A DNA stretch of 64,000 nucleotides, from the NCBI GenBank assembly GCA_047495785.1, contig JBLDXI010000015.1, forward strand, positions 2,728,001-2,792,000, given 5' to 3'. This document shows, one piece after another, positions 20,974 through 33,589 of this stretch. The stretch comes from Lepidodermella squamata (lineage: Eukaryota > Animalia > Gastrotricha). The position numbers were made by a program, and so were the translations under genes. Under the pieces are notes generated by a model. That model ran no database searches, was not told where the DNA came from, and was given only the letters and a program-made list of their open reading frames with translations. Numbering within the stretch: position 1 is the first letter of the stretch; each line of letters opens with the position of its first letter.

Positions 20974-22861
20974 ATGAAGCTGCTGGCTGCGATTTTCTTC
21001 TTATTCGCTGTATTCTCTTATTCGATTAATGAATCATCATCTACTGAGATAGATAAACCCCGAATACTATGCCGCAGCTACTCCCGAAGTGCCCTCGTCC
21101 CAATAAATGACAGCACTGCTGAACACCCGCAGATATACGTGAATGCCTCCGAAATAACCATCATCAACTGCTCAACAGCGTGCTACGTATTATCAATTTC
21201 AGTTCAAGTTATTCAATATATTTCTAATCATTTAACAGAGAGACATTGCGATACCACATTCAGCAAAACCGCTTCGTCCTGCGAAAATCTCGGAAGGTTG
21301 CTTGGATGAATATCGATCTGGACCAAGTTATCGACTCATTAAGACCAAAAACGAGACAAAGATCTCCTTGCTGTGTTTCCGGGATTGCACTTCACAGAAT
21401 CCTTATCCAAGCGACTTGGGTGCGAAGATACTTTTTGAAACCATGGGTAATAAAACAGTGCCGCGGACGCGCACTAAGGTTCATTGCCATTACGGGGAAG
21501 TTCGATTAGGCAATAGCTCGAGGCTGGCCACTTATTGCTCGGTAAAATTTACAACAATATTTAAAAAACAAATTTGTCAACAATTACTTCCTTTCAGACC
21601 AAATATTTTCCAGTGAGTCACAGATTCAAGTAAGTAATTTGATCTACACCGTCAGTTGGGGCTATTCGAACGGCGAAAAAAATTACCCCTGATTTTTTCG
21701 CATTTCAGGAGAGAATCCTATTTCCAACAAGTGTAGGCTCGGGGAAAAAGTTCACGAATTGGCAAAATGGCAACTAAGAAACTTTAACCAAAATTTACCA
21801 ATCTCGCAAACATAAATGCTCGCAAACTACGACCGATGAAGTCGACCGGCCTCGACTTTATCGCCTTCAATTTCTAATTTAATTTCTAATTTCTGTAAAC
21901 TATTTTTACCAGGTTTGATTACACGGTTCAGGTCGGCATGGAGGATGGTTTCGTGTTCAGGGTTTCCTTATATTCGTCGGGAGATTGGAATAAACTTTAT
22001 TATCAAGTCGACTGTGCGAATGGCGACTATTGCGTGAACAAAGCAGATTTCAACGAGCTTATAGCGATGACAAACAGTAAAACCCAGGATCCGATGGCAG
22101 TTAGCAAATCTACGTCAACATCCAGCTCAATATCGACCGACAGCAATTCTACGTCAACATCTAGCTCAACCTTGGCCTACACCTTCATTTTCACCTTCAC
22201 CACCACCATGAAAACCAGTGCAACAATATTTCCTAATCTCACTGTAAACGAAACCAAAAAAGGAAATTACGATAATTTTACAGTGAAAGATGTCAACTCT
22301 GATTGGTGGCATGTAATTCCAATCGCTGTTACAGTGGTACTAATAATACTGTTGCTCGGCATCTATTGCTACTGTCAGAGACACAAACGAAGCTCGGACA
22401 GCAGCTCGACAGCAGAGCGGAACCCGCGCTCGGGTGGAGACAAAAAAAGATCTCCGCCAGACAAACTCAGACAAAGTGATGGAGCTGGTAAGAGCTTGCT
22501 CGCTCACGGAACAGTCCGCTACACTGCTCCCAGATCATCGCCGAGGCCTACCACCCCTCGCATAGGTCAGTATTCTCCGTCTTCACAGGCCCTGGCTTCT
22601 GGCGAAAGCTCGAGCGGAACATCAGCTCAAACCAATGTCGCGAAGGTCCTTTTCCACCGTGATGCTGGCGAAAACAAACTAAGAGACAGCCAACGTAATG
22701 AAAACGTAGCTACTTACAGCTTGCTCGAGAATAATGATTCCGGTGGTTTAGTTCTGTCCGGGTCTCCCAGAAAAGACGTCTTCATTGGTCCCGGATCCTC
22801 GCTGAGGCCTGCTCCGAACCCCAGCTCAACCCCATGTCGCGCAGGTCGCAGCTCTTGGTAG
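20974..22861 (+). CDS. Type-I membrane protein B, paralog of A1. Exons 20974-21186, 21239-21541, 21598-21629, 21913-22861 (~498 aa)
   Basis: Signal peptide MKLLAAIFFLFAVFSYS; CSTACY followed by an intron; SEGC; HCHYG..YCS; CANGDYC; S/T stalk; TM WWHVIPIAVTVVLIILLLGIYCYC. All introns are GT-AG and frame-consistent. Confidence 0.75.
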
Positions 22862-22970
22862 ATCTTGGCAGCTTGGTAGCCCAGTAATTCTTAGCCGCCC
22901 AGTAGGCTTGCCCTGTGGCGTCCACCGAAAACTCGGGGAGTGCGCCTGGCGTCCATCCGCAGTATCGCAG

Positions 22971-23163
22971 TATCGTTAGCGTCGTTGAATAAGTCGGATT
23001 TAGGCTTGTTTACATTCCTTTCGAGGACACGGATGACAAGTAAAAAGAGGCTTTTTTAACGTGAATGAAGAGGCCAAAACAAAAGATCTTTTACTTGTCA
23101 CCTATCAGCTTGACATGGATGTAAACAAGCCTAAATCCGACTTATTCAACGACGCTAACGATA
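22971..23163. mobile_element. Hairpin MITE (~190 bp)
   Basis: TATCGTTAGCGTCGTTGAATAAGTCGGATTTAGGCTTGTTTACAT with its exact inverse at the other end. Further copies at 5891 and ~27670-27766. Confidence 0.88.
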
Positions 23164-23229
23164 TCCTAGCCAACGGATTCGGCGCAGTCGATATTCGCCG
23201 GCATTTGAAAATGCGGTGGAAACGAGCTC

Positions 23230-24690
23230 CTCACTGGAATCGATCGGCCTCTTGTCTGGTGGCGATGCACATGATTTAGTCTTGGCGATGTTCAGCTCAA
23301 GTTCGATCGCGGTTTCGCGTAGCCTGCAGAACTGCTGGCAGAACCTGGAACTAAATCGTCGGAGAAGTCAAGGTCGTAAAGCTGTTGAAGTGAAAAGTGA
23401 ACAACATCCCATAATTCTGCCGCTCAGTGACAGCACTCACCACGAAATCAATCGCAACTCAGAATAGAATAGGTGAAAGGATGCAGCCCTGCCTTAAACC
23501 AGAGTTTACTTCATAGCTCTCACTCTCAACTCCATCAGCACACGACACCCAAAGCCGGTGTAGAACATGGCGATGAGTCGCACAATTTATTCCGGGACGC
23601 CATAATGACGGGGGATCTTCCACAAGATTTCGCGGTGAACGCTGTCGAAGGCCTTCTTAACGAAATTAATGAGCTCTGGCGTTTTACCGGAGTCACTGCT
23701 CGTCGATATTCCGCAGTGCAAAATTTGGTCGATGCACCCTGGAAGCGAGCGAAAACCTGCCTGCTCTTCTCGCAACAGAAAATGCGTCCCTTGTGGTCCC
23801 TTATGGTCCCTAATGGTCCCTTATGATGCACAAGATGACCCGAAAAAATACCATGCTGGGAGAGGGGAGCTTTGTGCCGAATCTCTCGAAATATGATACT
23901 CGAGCGCGCTGGCTGTGGTATCCACATCGGACTTGGGCATTTCGGCCGTAATTGCGTTGCATCCAGGAGCTTTCCAGTTCTATAGGCCAGGTTTGCCGTT
24001 TTGATCTCGCTAAGGGAACTCTTTGGAGAGTTCCATGTCGACTGCCATGTCGACTGGGGATGGCTGAGCTTTGACCCCAAGAGCATGTTAAACACATTGT
24101 TGAAGTGCTTGACCCACGGCGCCATATGCTCCCGGTGCCATCTTTGTTTTTGAGGGCGCCGAACAACCGCCTCGCTTGACACCTCCGAGAAGCTCGATCA
24201 CCTCGGAGATCACGAGAACCTCGACCTTACTTCAGGATCCGTCAGCTTGTCAACGTCGACTTGGTTTACCCTTCGAGGCGCCTTCAGTCGTACAGAGCCC
24301 ACAACTAGCTTGTGACCACTGCCCACGTTGAACTTAAATATCCTGAAGAGTTCTTTCCCAGCGGCTGTTGACCGTGATGTGGACGATCTGGTTTAGCGTT
24401 CCATTGTCGTTGGACCGCCACTTGAGCTTGTGAATCTCCTCTTGCGGAAACAACGAGCAGGAAACTCGATCACCAGTTCGTTGGTTGCGCAGAATTCGAC
24501 AAAGCGGTCACTGTTATCGTTTAGGGTGTCCAGCGAGTGCTTACCACTGCACTGTTCGTGGCCGGAGTTTTCCGATTCAGCGTTCAAGTCGTTCATGTCC
24601 CTCATGACCAGAAGAAGATCATGTCTTGGCGCAAGCTTAACTTGCGCTTGAAGCATGTCGTATGATTGAGATATTGCTCAGGTCGCGCGC
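23230..24690 (-). mobile_element. Decayed RTE-like non-LTR retrotransposon (APE + RT fragments)
   Basis: APRHDLLLVMRDMN, NDNSDRFVEFCATNELVI, KAFDSVHREILWKI..YGVP and GLRQGCILSP, with many frameshifts. Confidence 0.8.
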
Positions 24691-25145
24691 GGCTTATTTG
24701 CAATTTATATGATAGTAAAAACAAAAATTAATTATATTTTGTTGTTATAAAAAGCGCCACGGTATCCGAAATTATCACGTGGCCAACTTTTTTTTTAGAG
24801 AATTTATGACTCTGCGTTTTGCGCACAGGTCCAATTGTAAACCCCGCGCGCTTTGATCGGACGGAACTACGATGAGTTAAGTAATGAAACTTGGTTCTGC
24901 TGAAAATAAGAGCCAAACGCGTTCGTTGATTATTTCAAGCTTGATAATTACTAATATTATATTCCTTGCAAAGGCTCTGCAATCCACAAAGCGGTTTGCG
25001 CTTTCTCTTTAATTTAATTTGTTTCTGTTTCATCTTTGAGCCAAAAGAATAATAATATACGTTTTTGATATTACATTTAAACATAAGAATGCGAGGCCTA
25101 AAGCAATTTTTTAATTCTGTAGAATTTTAAATTCGCGAATTAGCA

Positions 25146-26933
25146 ATGTTCCGATTTTCAATGCTCATTTTACAAATCACAGCCGCTTCCACAGCTTATC
25201 TTGATTTGGGCACTGCAAAATTGAATCTGATCAACGATCTATTGAATGGATATCCAGGGGCTAATTCGTCTCATCCGGGTCTTGTTGCTCCATTGAATTT
25301 CATGAATGACTTTGAGCATATTGGTTCATTTCTTGGATTACTTTCGAGAGAGGAATTCGCGGCTATGACGTCGACCTGGGTTACGCTAAACTTCACAATC
25401 CGTCGCTTTCACGAGGTCGGTGATTTGAACGGTGAGTTGACTGTCATCGCCCTCGTCGAAGCACGCTGGCGCGACCCGAAACTCGGTGGTCCGTTGTGGG
25501 AACGATGGGGAATAGAGAGCACAATCATGCTTCCTGCTTACAAAATTTGGCTGCCACGCATTGCTCTGGACGGCCATAGCGACTTCGGCTTCAGCAGACC
25601 AAATGCTCGGATTGGAGACCTCGATTCAGTGGAAGTAACACCGGATGGCTGGGTTTACTGGGCCTACGAAGGTCCAGTGAATACCAAATGCAGCTATACT
25701 TTCGAAGGCTTCCCGCACGACAAATACGTTAGTTTTTCGCCCTTGAAATTTACACTTTATCCTATTTTCCTCCAGGATTGTAAATTTCTCTTCAAACCAG
25801 TCTATGAAGCTGATAGGATCTTCTTTCATCAAGACAGCAGTGGGATCGTGAGGTTCACTGGCCTTCCAAGTAATTGGAACGATGAGCGAAAGCATTACAA
25901 TCAGCCTGACTGCTGCAAAACAGACGTGCATTTCCCCAAGGTTGCTGGTGCTGTCGAGTTCGGCTTTACGCTGTATCGTAATCCGACATGGTTCAACTGG
26001 CACTTCAAGTACCCGATCACTTGCCTGGTTCTTTCGCAGCTGGCAATTAGCATAATTCCACTTTGGAACGCCGACGTCGCCATGGCAGTTATCGCCTTGC
26101 GTGTAAGTGTGTATGGAACCTTCTTTTTTATCTACTCACTTTCAGCAGATGCTTTGCCGAAAGCTGACACTGAAATTAGCATTTTTTACGATCTTGCTGT
26201 GACTGTTGTTTTCCTCGCTATGAATTGTGACATCTTGATATGCGCTCTCTTCAAACAAGACCACAACTCTGGTGATTTTAAACTGTGTGGTGATGTAGAA
26301 CAGCAATGCGGAAACCCCGAGGAATGTAATAGGCGCCGTATAATCCGGAATGTCATAAAGTATCCGGTCGTACGTGCGTCCCGCGCTGTGATCGTCAGCT
26401 TTTTTATCGGTACAATCACCACCGCCTACTTCAGCCCTGAAAGAATGAAGTTGTTCATGATACTGGAATATTTTTCATTCTTTGTGGCTGTGATACTTTC
26501 TGCGTTTTATATTCTTACGACTAATAGCAAAGGCGTCAACGCCAAATCAATCACTGAAATTGAACACCTGAAAAGGGTTTGCGTCGACCTGCCAATTTTA
26601 GCCGTATTGTTTTTTAAATTTTTACTTCTCTTGGCCATTCCTATATTCCCGAAAATTTCGCAATATTTGTTATCACTGTACACGGAAAGGATGGTAATTA
26701 TTTTTTCTGGGGTTATTGTCTTGATTTTTCTGATGTTCAGCTTGAGGTTGCCATTCATCGGACCTCTCTTGAGATTATGCATTAAACCCAAATGCTGCAA
26801 GAACTATAAAGAGAATTCATGGTACAAGATGGTCGAGCGTAAACCTATTCTATTGACGATTGATACTTCAGGTAGAACAGACAAGGCTGCCTCCAAAGCC
26901 GCCTCAATCAAAGAGGAGACTCCTACAACGTGA
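25146..26933 (+). CDS. Divergent Cys-loop ligand-gated ion channel subunit 2 (vicinal CC in loop C, alpha-like). Exons 25146-25727, 25776-26933 (~579 aa)
   Basis: The 595-aa ORF contains an in-frame 48-nt GT-AG intron at the same position as in its paralogs. Removing it gives CSYTFEGFPHDKYDC (C-x13-C). Also IWLPRI, HYNQPDCC and DALP. Confidence 0.9.
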   Translation: MFRFSMLILQITAASTAYLDLGTAKLNLINDLLNGYPGANSSHPGLVAPLNFMNDFEHIGSFLGLLSREEFAAMTSTWVTLNFTIRRFHEVGDLNGELTVIALVEARWRDPKLGGPLWERWGIESTIMLPAYKIWLPRIALDGHSDFGFSRPNARIGDLDSVEVTPDGWVYWAYEGPVNTKCSYTFEGFPHDKYVSFSPLKFTLYPIFLQDCKFLFKPVYEADRIFFHQDSSGIVRFTGLPSNWNDERKHYNQPDCCKTDVHFPKVAGAVEFGFTLYRNPTWFNWHFKYPITCLVLSQLAISIIPLWNADVAMAVIALRVSVYGTFFFIYSLSADALPKADTEISIFYDLAVTVVFLAMNCDILICALFKQDHNSGDFKLCGDVEQQCGNPEECNRRRIIRNVIKYPVVRASRAVIVSFFIGTITTAYFSPERMKLFMILEYFSFFVAVILSAFYILTTNSKGVNAKSITEIEHLKRVCVDLPILAVLFFKFLLLLAIPIFPKISQYLLSLYTERMVIIFSGVIVLIFLMFSLRLPFIGPLLRLCIKPKCCKNYKENSWYKMVERKPILLTIDTSGRTDKAASKAASIKEETPTT

Positions 26934-28858
26934 AAATCAAAACTTACGCACGGTCAGGAATTTGTTGAGTTGAAACTAAAAATATCGCGCGCCCGAACTA
27001 TTTTTAGCTCCAAGTTTGGGTTAGCCGCAGCTAAAAAAAGTGTAACTCGGACGGACCAAGACGTTTTCATATTGTTGAAAATATGAATATTCATAAGGTG
27101 CTAATTAATATCCCGACGCCCTAAAAGTTGATAATTACGTCAGAAAAATTCTGGGAAAATAATTTTTGATTTGTTTTAACCTTATTTTTCTGCAATTTTT
27201 CTGCAATTTTAGACACTTGAATAAGACCGTCCTAGTTTCATGACATCTCATGAATATATTCATATTATTGAAACTACCCTCCATCTCTTGGAGTTATTTT
27301 TGTTCGTGAAAAAAGGCGTAATTATGGTTTGTTTTTCAAAAGATAAACAGCCTCATTTCGCACGTGCGAAAAATTTCAACTAGCGTCGTCTCCATTCCAC
27401 CGTGCGGATCTTTTGATGGTCACTGTACATGGCCCAATTCTCTACACGCATTCACCCAGTGAGTCGGGCTTAGGTCGGGGGCTTGAATTCAGCATGAAAA
27501 ACACGATTTCGAGAACGTATCGTCGACATACCCTGGTGATACTCCGAACCCTATGATCCTTGAATAGCTCGAGATTAAGCTCGTTTTTATCAGTTGTATG
27601 GTTATCAGTTAGGTTACAAGTAGTTATTCGCACAAAGATATCTGTTTTGCCTATTCGTTCATTTGAAAATTATGTTACCCATCACCTTGAAACTGACTTG
27701 AACAGTTAAGTGAGGTTGAGTAAGCTAACATGAGCTTTAATAAGTGCTTTTCAACGGCGCTAACGAAATCACCCTATGTGGCACCATTGAGAAACGCCTG
27801 TTTATACACTGCTATGTACTGCACCCTCCTTGTCAATCATTGTACATATCGTCAATAATTTTTCGGTTTAATAAACGAATAATGGGATTCAGACTATCTT
27901 TTAATTGAAGCCACGAAAATATGTTTGGCGACATCTGATGCCAAGCCGTCGTCCCGATCTCAATTTCTGGCTGAAATTCGTGATTATTCAATATCTGCAA
28001 TATGATAATCGTGAATGAAAATGGAAATAAAAAGATTCGAAAAAGTCAGTAACCTGTCAATAGATAGGATAGACGACATTTGTGACGTTGCAAGCGAAAA
28101 GTAGGGTTTGGCGAATTTTCTGTATTTTCCAGCTAATCGCGTTGACTTGGAGTCGGCCGATTTTTGAATTCCATGATGTAAATACTCAGTTTTCTTGGGA
28201 ATTTTATATTTCTGAATTTCAGAGCCTCTGCGATGCTCCCACGGCTGCTGAGTTGAATAAACTGACTCGAACAAATCATCAAACGGGATATAACTGTGAA
28301 CCTTGGCATTATTTAACTCCCTATTTAAAATGTATAACTTGATTTTCGAAGCAATTTAACGCGATTGAATAAACATAATTAAAAACGAAAACCTTATTCC
28401 TGAATTCATCGAACACATTTTGAATTTCTAGTTTTCATTTTTCTTCCGTTACCCGGGACACACTGGCGTTTCGAAGAATTTCGAATTTGACGAAAATCGC
28501 TTGACGGATTCAGGTCATCGAAACCTTGGGAAAGGATCTCTTTCTTACTCGAATGGAATCTCCAAGCATGAAACCAATGCTCCTCCGAGTTACAATTGCC
28601 AAACATTGCTTATTATTTTTCGCACTTGCTGTCTGCTATTTGCCCAGCTTTTTCAATGAAAGTTATCTGTTTAGTAGCCATGGCACACGTAGATAACCAT
28701 ATGAGCTAGCTGGCCAATGTAGCATACTGATAAACCGTTTCGTTCATCGCACTTCCGTGGAAAAGAATGAATGCGCATGGAGATAACGCCGACATAGATT
28801 CACCTGGAGGTCAGCTTTCCTTTCATTTTCAAATTTTCAGTCGCCCAACCGACCTCAA

Positions 28859-30221
28859 ATGATATTAAAAGCACAACAATGTCTAATGACACTTTTCATT
28901 TTAATAAACGATAGATGTGCAGGTAGGAGCTTTGAATTTTTAACCTAAATGCGTGATACAACAGTTTATTTAACGTCAGAAGCCAGCAGTGAATGTCGGT
29001 ATATCCCGCTGGGTAAGGTGAAGGCAAATGATGCGTATCTCGCAAATGTATTAATTTGCCAAAATGGCTGTCAAGTAAGTCTTCGCGATATAAATAAACT
29101 CACAGTGATGTAATTTAGCAATTACGTTAAGCAATTAAAATTAAGATCTCTCGAGGTATGCTGTGATCGGCTGACGAATAAAACTCACCGTCTCATTGAT
29201 ATGAAATCTGAGGGCTGCCGTGACGGAACAACTCGTCCATCAATCTCGCAAAAAATATCCGTCCTTGAAAATGGCCTTCACCAGCCGATTCGGTATTGCA
29301 AAAAGGAAAAGTGCATGGATGATGAGGATTATCCTCCCTGGGACGGGCGGCTGCAGTCAATCGTCAACTTGCAACAGAAGCACATCCCGAAATCCGCGGC
29401 TAACCCGTCGAGGTTGCGTTGCGTGTTAGGTACTGGCCCCGGAAAAAGTCAGGCGAATTGCCACGCCTGCTCACTTGAATTTCAAATAGACAATGGACGG
29501 TACTCAAATCCTAAGTAAGTATTGAGAAATTCAAAAGTGTGTTCAAATGTGGTGTCTACTTATTATTACACGAAGTAGATTTGCATGTTTCAACAGCGAA
29601 AATAAAAACAGCATCCAGTTTTTTTTCGAAAAGAACGAAACCACTTGTCGCGGCGTGTGTTATTACGGTGATTTTTGTTTCAATCTCGAGTTATTCCAAG
29701 CCTACGAATCACTCAGCGTGCCCACCACTTTGTCACAGACCTCAACTTTATCGACCGGCTACAAAGAACCAACAGAGAAACCAACAACAATCTCGTCGAC
29801 AAAGTCTGTCGCTACAACTTCAACTGAAACAACCGTAACACCCAGGTTAAAGCCGAAGAAGGACATGTTGACGACCGAGGCAAGGAACCCGATTCCTAAA
29901 TCTGTGCAAATCACTATTGTGGTTTTGGCACTCTTTGTTTTCGCCGGGATAATAGGCATAGCGATTTTGTTTCACCTATGGAAACGCTGTCGTAAAACTC
30001 GGAAGCCACCTAATAATGTAGATCAGCCGTTGGAATCAAACGCCCGGTTACTTCAGACAGTCAATGAAGGGCCGCATTCATTCGAGGGAAATTCGAGGCA
30101 AGCAGACAAAATTTGCACCCTGCGTTCGGGAAATTCGAGGCAAGCAGACAAAAATTCGAGCCTGCCTTCGGTGAATTCGAGGCGGTCTCAATTCAGCTTA
30201 ATAAACAATGATAATAGATAA
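28859..30221 (+). CDS. Type-I membrane protein A2, close paralog of A1. Exons 28859-28922, 28980-29074, 29132-29514, 29579-30221 (~394 aa)
   Basis: Colinear with A1, including intron sequences. Shares QANCHACSLEFQIDNGRYSN and RGVCYY.DFCFNLELF. TM ITIVVLALFVFAGIIGIAILFHLW. Confidence 0.8.
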
Positions 30222-30222
30222 T

Positions 30223-30848
30223 ATTTGTTCCAATAGCAGCCATGGCTGTTAAATTTCGACTCCTATGAATGTCCTGAAAATTGGGCTAGATTGGTGCTTA
30301 TTAGAGATTGGCGATTCATCAGATTTTCCTTCGCGTTTATTTCACTTCACAGTAAATTTTGAGGGAAATCGCTGCAAATGAGAAATCAGCAATCTGCAGC
30401 CGTGCCCGGGGATACGTGCCCTGTGGTGCGTAGAGCGATTATTACCGTAAACACTCGTACTTCAGGTTGGTCTAACGGTCTTATCTGTGCATTTTAGTTC
30501 AAAAAACAATTATATTCTAATCGAATCTATTTTATATTCGAATCACCCACCTCATGATAATGGTTAAGGGTCCATCTAATGATCAAGCCTCCCTTAAGTA
30601 CGAGTTTTTACGGAAGGCCATTTTTTATCGAAGCGGAAAAAATCGCAAAATAGAGCAGAAATAGAGAAAATGTTTCTTTTCAAAAATGTAAGAATTTGCC
30701 GAAAAACCGGCCGCGTTCGATTGTCCACTACGCGGTCTCTATTGTGCGATTTTTTCTGCTTCCGTGAAAATTGGCTGTGGGCGATTCACCGTCCGATGAC
30801 GTCTTGACATGGGCTAAAATTAGCAACTGGGTTAATATTGGAACAAAT
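30223..30848. mobile_element. Insertion with 13-bp TIRs between A2 and channel 3
   Basis: ATTTGTTCCAATA...TATTGGAACAAAT. Absent from the paralogous A1-channel 1 junction. Confidence 0.6.
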
Positions 30849-30901
30849 TTTGTAACTAACAAGCAAAACGCTTGAACTGCGGTTGAATTATTCTAGCTAA
30901 A

Positions 30902-30944
30902 AATAAACCAGCTGTTAAATATCTATGCATTTCTCTTCCTCTAG
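30902..30944 (+). promoter_or_regulatory. Intercistronic junction, second copy: AATAAA plus unpaired acceptor
   Basis: AATAAA at 30902-30907, TTTCTCTTCCTCTAG ending 30944, ATG at 30999. Confidence 0.55.
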
Positions 30945-30998
30945 GAAAATTATTTTATTGAAATTTGTCCATACGAATCGCACAAGTGGAATAGTGTA

Positions 30999-32706
30999 AT
31001 GGTAATCGTGTACAAACTTGTAATAACGTTTATCTTGATTAAACACCTGTCTGCGGGCGTTGGCCACGACAGAATCAATTTGACGAAGCAAAAACTACAC
31101 AATTACCCGAGCCGTGAATTGCCTTATCCTGGCCTTGTATCTCCGTCTCATTACTTCGTCAAAGATGAGATAACTCAAGTCGAATTCAGTTTGAACATCC
31201 TACGCTTTCTGAATGTTGATGACTTGAGCGGCGATGTTAGTGTACTAACACTATTGGAAGCTAGATGGCACGACATTCATCTGGCGTGGGACCCACGAGA
31301 GCTGAACGATACAATTTTCATACCAGCCGATAGAATATGGATGCCAAGGATTATGCAGGTTGGGCACGCAGAAATAAGTTTCAGCCGGGCGAATGCGAAA
31401 TTCGGCGACTTGGAACCTGTCGAAGTTTCTTACGATGGAACAGTTTACTGGGCATATGAAGGCGCGCTGCAAACCAAGTGTCAATATAATTTCGAACATT
31501 TCCCTAGTGATAAATATGTAAGAAAATTATATTATTTACGTCAAATAATGATCCATTATTTTATTTCAGATTTGTAATTTTGATTTCAAGTCAGTTTACG
31601 AGACTGATAAGATACGTTTCTGGCCAGATAATAGCACGGTTAATTTCAAGGGCCTGCCTTCAAATTGGAATGTTACTTCTTTGGAAGAGAATGGCTTGGA
31701 AAATGAGGATGAAAGATTGCATATCGAAGCTATTTTATTAGATGAAGATCGACGAATAATTTACAGCGTAACTATCCATCGGGATAAAAGCTGGTACGAC
31801 GTTCATTTTCGATTTCCAATCGCCCTCATGCTGCTGCTACAAGTACCGATCGCACAGGTGCCGATCGACGGCAATGAAGCCAGTTTAGTCAGCGCTCGCC
31901 TTTCGATACTAGGAATCTTCGCGTTCGTCTACACATTGTCAGCCGATACTTTGCCCAAAGCCGAGACAAGTATTAGCCGCTTCTTTGACCTCGCCCTGGC
32001 TGTTGTCGTTTTAGCCATATTCTTTGACTGTCTCGTATGGTGTTTCAACGATGATGAGAAGCGATCGAATCTCGTACGAACAGCTGCGAGACGCGCTTCT
32101 TACAACATCACCATTTGTTTCATAATTCTAACGATCTTTGCAGGGTTCTGTTGGCCGGAGAGATTAAGAATACTGATGCTAGCGGAATACTTTATATTTG
32201 GCATAACGTTCATCGTCGCGTTGGTGTTCATCGATATAGTAGGAAAGAAAGAAATCGCAGTTGCTGGTGAAAAGGACGATTATCTCGCTGGGATACTCAT
32301 AAATGTCGATATTTACTGCTTCGTGGTTATAGCTGTCATTGTCACAGTGGCCGCTATTATACCCCTCGGGTGGGAATCGGGGCCTGTTCTTGGAACCGTG
32401 ATGATTATTTTCGCCTGCTTCGTCTCTGTCGTGGCAATGGTTTTCGGTAAACAAAGGCTGCCATTGTATGGCATCCTCGCCTATTTTATGAAAAACATTT
32501 GCCCGCATTCTTCAATCGATCAGAAGATGAAAGATCGCGAGAATGCAACTGGCGCCGTTCGTCCTCGACGGAAACTTTTTCAACATCGCACGAGCATCCA
32601 GTCTCTTCCATCTTTAGAGGACATCCGCCCACAACGTGCCAAATATTACAGCCTGAATGAATGGCAGAGTTCGATTATTAAACACGCGTATGATGTTGAG
32701 GTCTAA
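30999..32706 (+). CDS. Divergent Cys-loop ligand-gated ion channel subunit 3, close paralog of subunit 1. Exons 30999-31517, 31570-32706 (~551 aa)
   Basis: Removing the 52-nt intron restores CQYNFEHFPSDKYIC. Long identical stretches with 2225-3915. Confidence 0.9.
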
Positions 32707-33589
32707 AATTTATATATTTTGCTTTCGTTGAGAAGTCTAATTTACGGCATCGAAATTCCTCAGACTTGTACGATATTTCGAATTGTGCATTTTCAGCAAA
32801 AGTAATATCGGGTTGGCTTCTCATACCCAAGAATATGCTTTGGCTTTATCTTCTCTCTCGTTATCGTATGAATACATGGAAATGAGATGAAAATATGCAG
32901 CTTCAGCCTTGGCAAAATGATTTCCCTGTAATACAGGTGGTCAGCCGCTTCGGTTTTTTAAAATATCCTGAGCATTTTTTATATCGCTGAGTGTTACATT
33001 GTGTACGAATGGGCAGTAGCGAGCGAAGCGAGCTTAGCTGACGCTTTTCTCTGTCGTGATTTCATTCAGTCGTATTAAAAAATACTGAAAATAGCATGGA
33101 CTTGCAATTCTCCTTATAATTCTCTTTCGGCCGTGGGGAAGAAAGATTGAAAAACGCGAGCGAAGCGAGCGAAAAATTTGGATTTCGCGACAGAATTTTC
33201 CATGGGAATAGCCTGAAATTACTAAAAAAAACAACCCCTTGGATACACCCCAGCATTCAAAAATAGAACCATCGATGAATTAAATATTCCCTATTTTATT
33301 TTTGAAAAATGAGGTTTTTTGGGTTTTAAGGAATTCGATTTTTGATTTTTTTAACTAAATATCACAAATGTTCGAAAAATATAACTTGATTTTTGAAAAA
33401 ATTACTGGATTTTTTCATAATTTGTTAACAATTTTGTCTTTATCATCGAATTGGCCATCGAATTCGAAGTGAAATTGATCGGAAATTGACCCTAATAATT
33501 CGAAATATAGCGGAAATCCATTCCATAATTGATTTCATGGTGCATGGTGCATTTTGTATACATTTTCAATATAAGAGCGCTACGTCTCA

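Noticed and set aside
29119-29131. Apparent premature stop making A2 a pseudogene
   Set aside because: It arises only with the acceptor at 29118. The acceptor at 29131 (1124 in A1) keeps both genes in frame and gives typical intron lengths.
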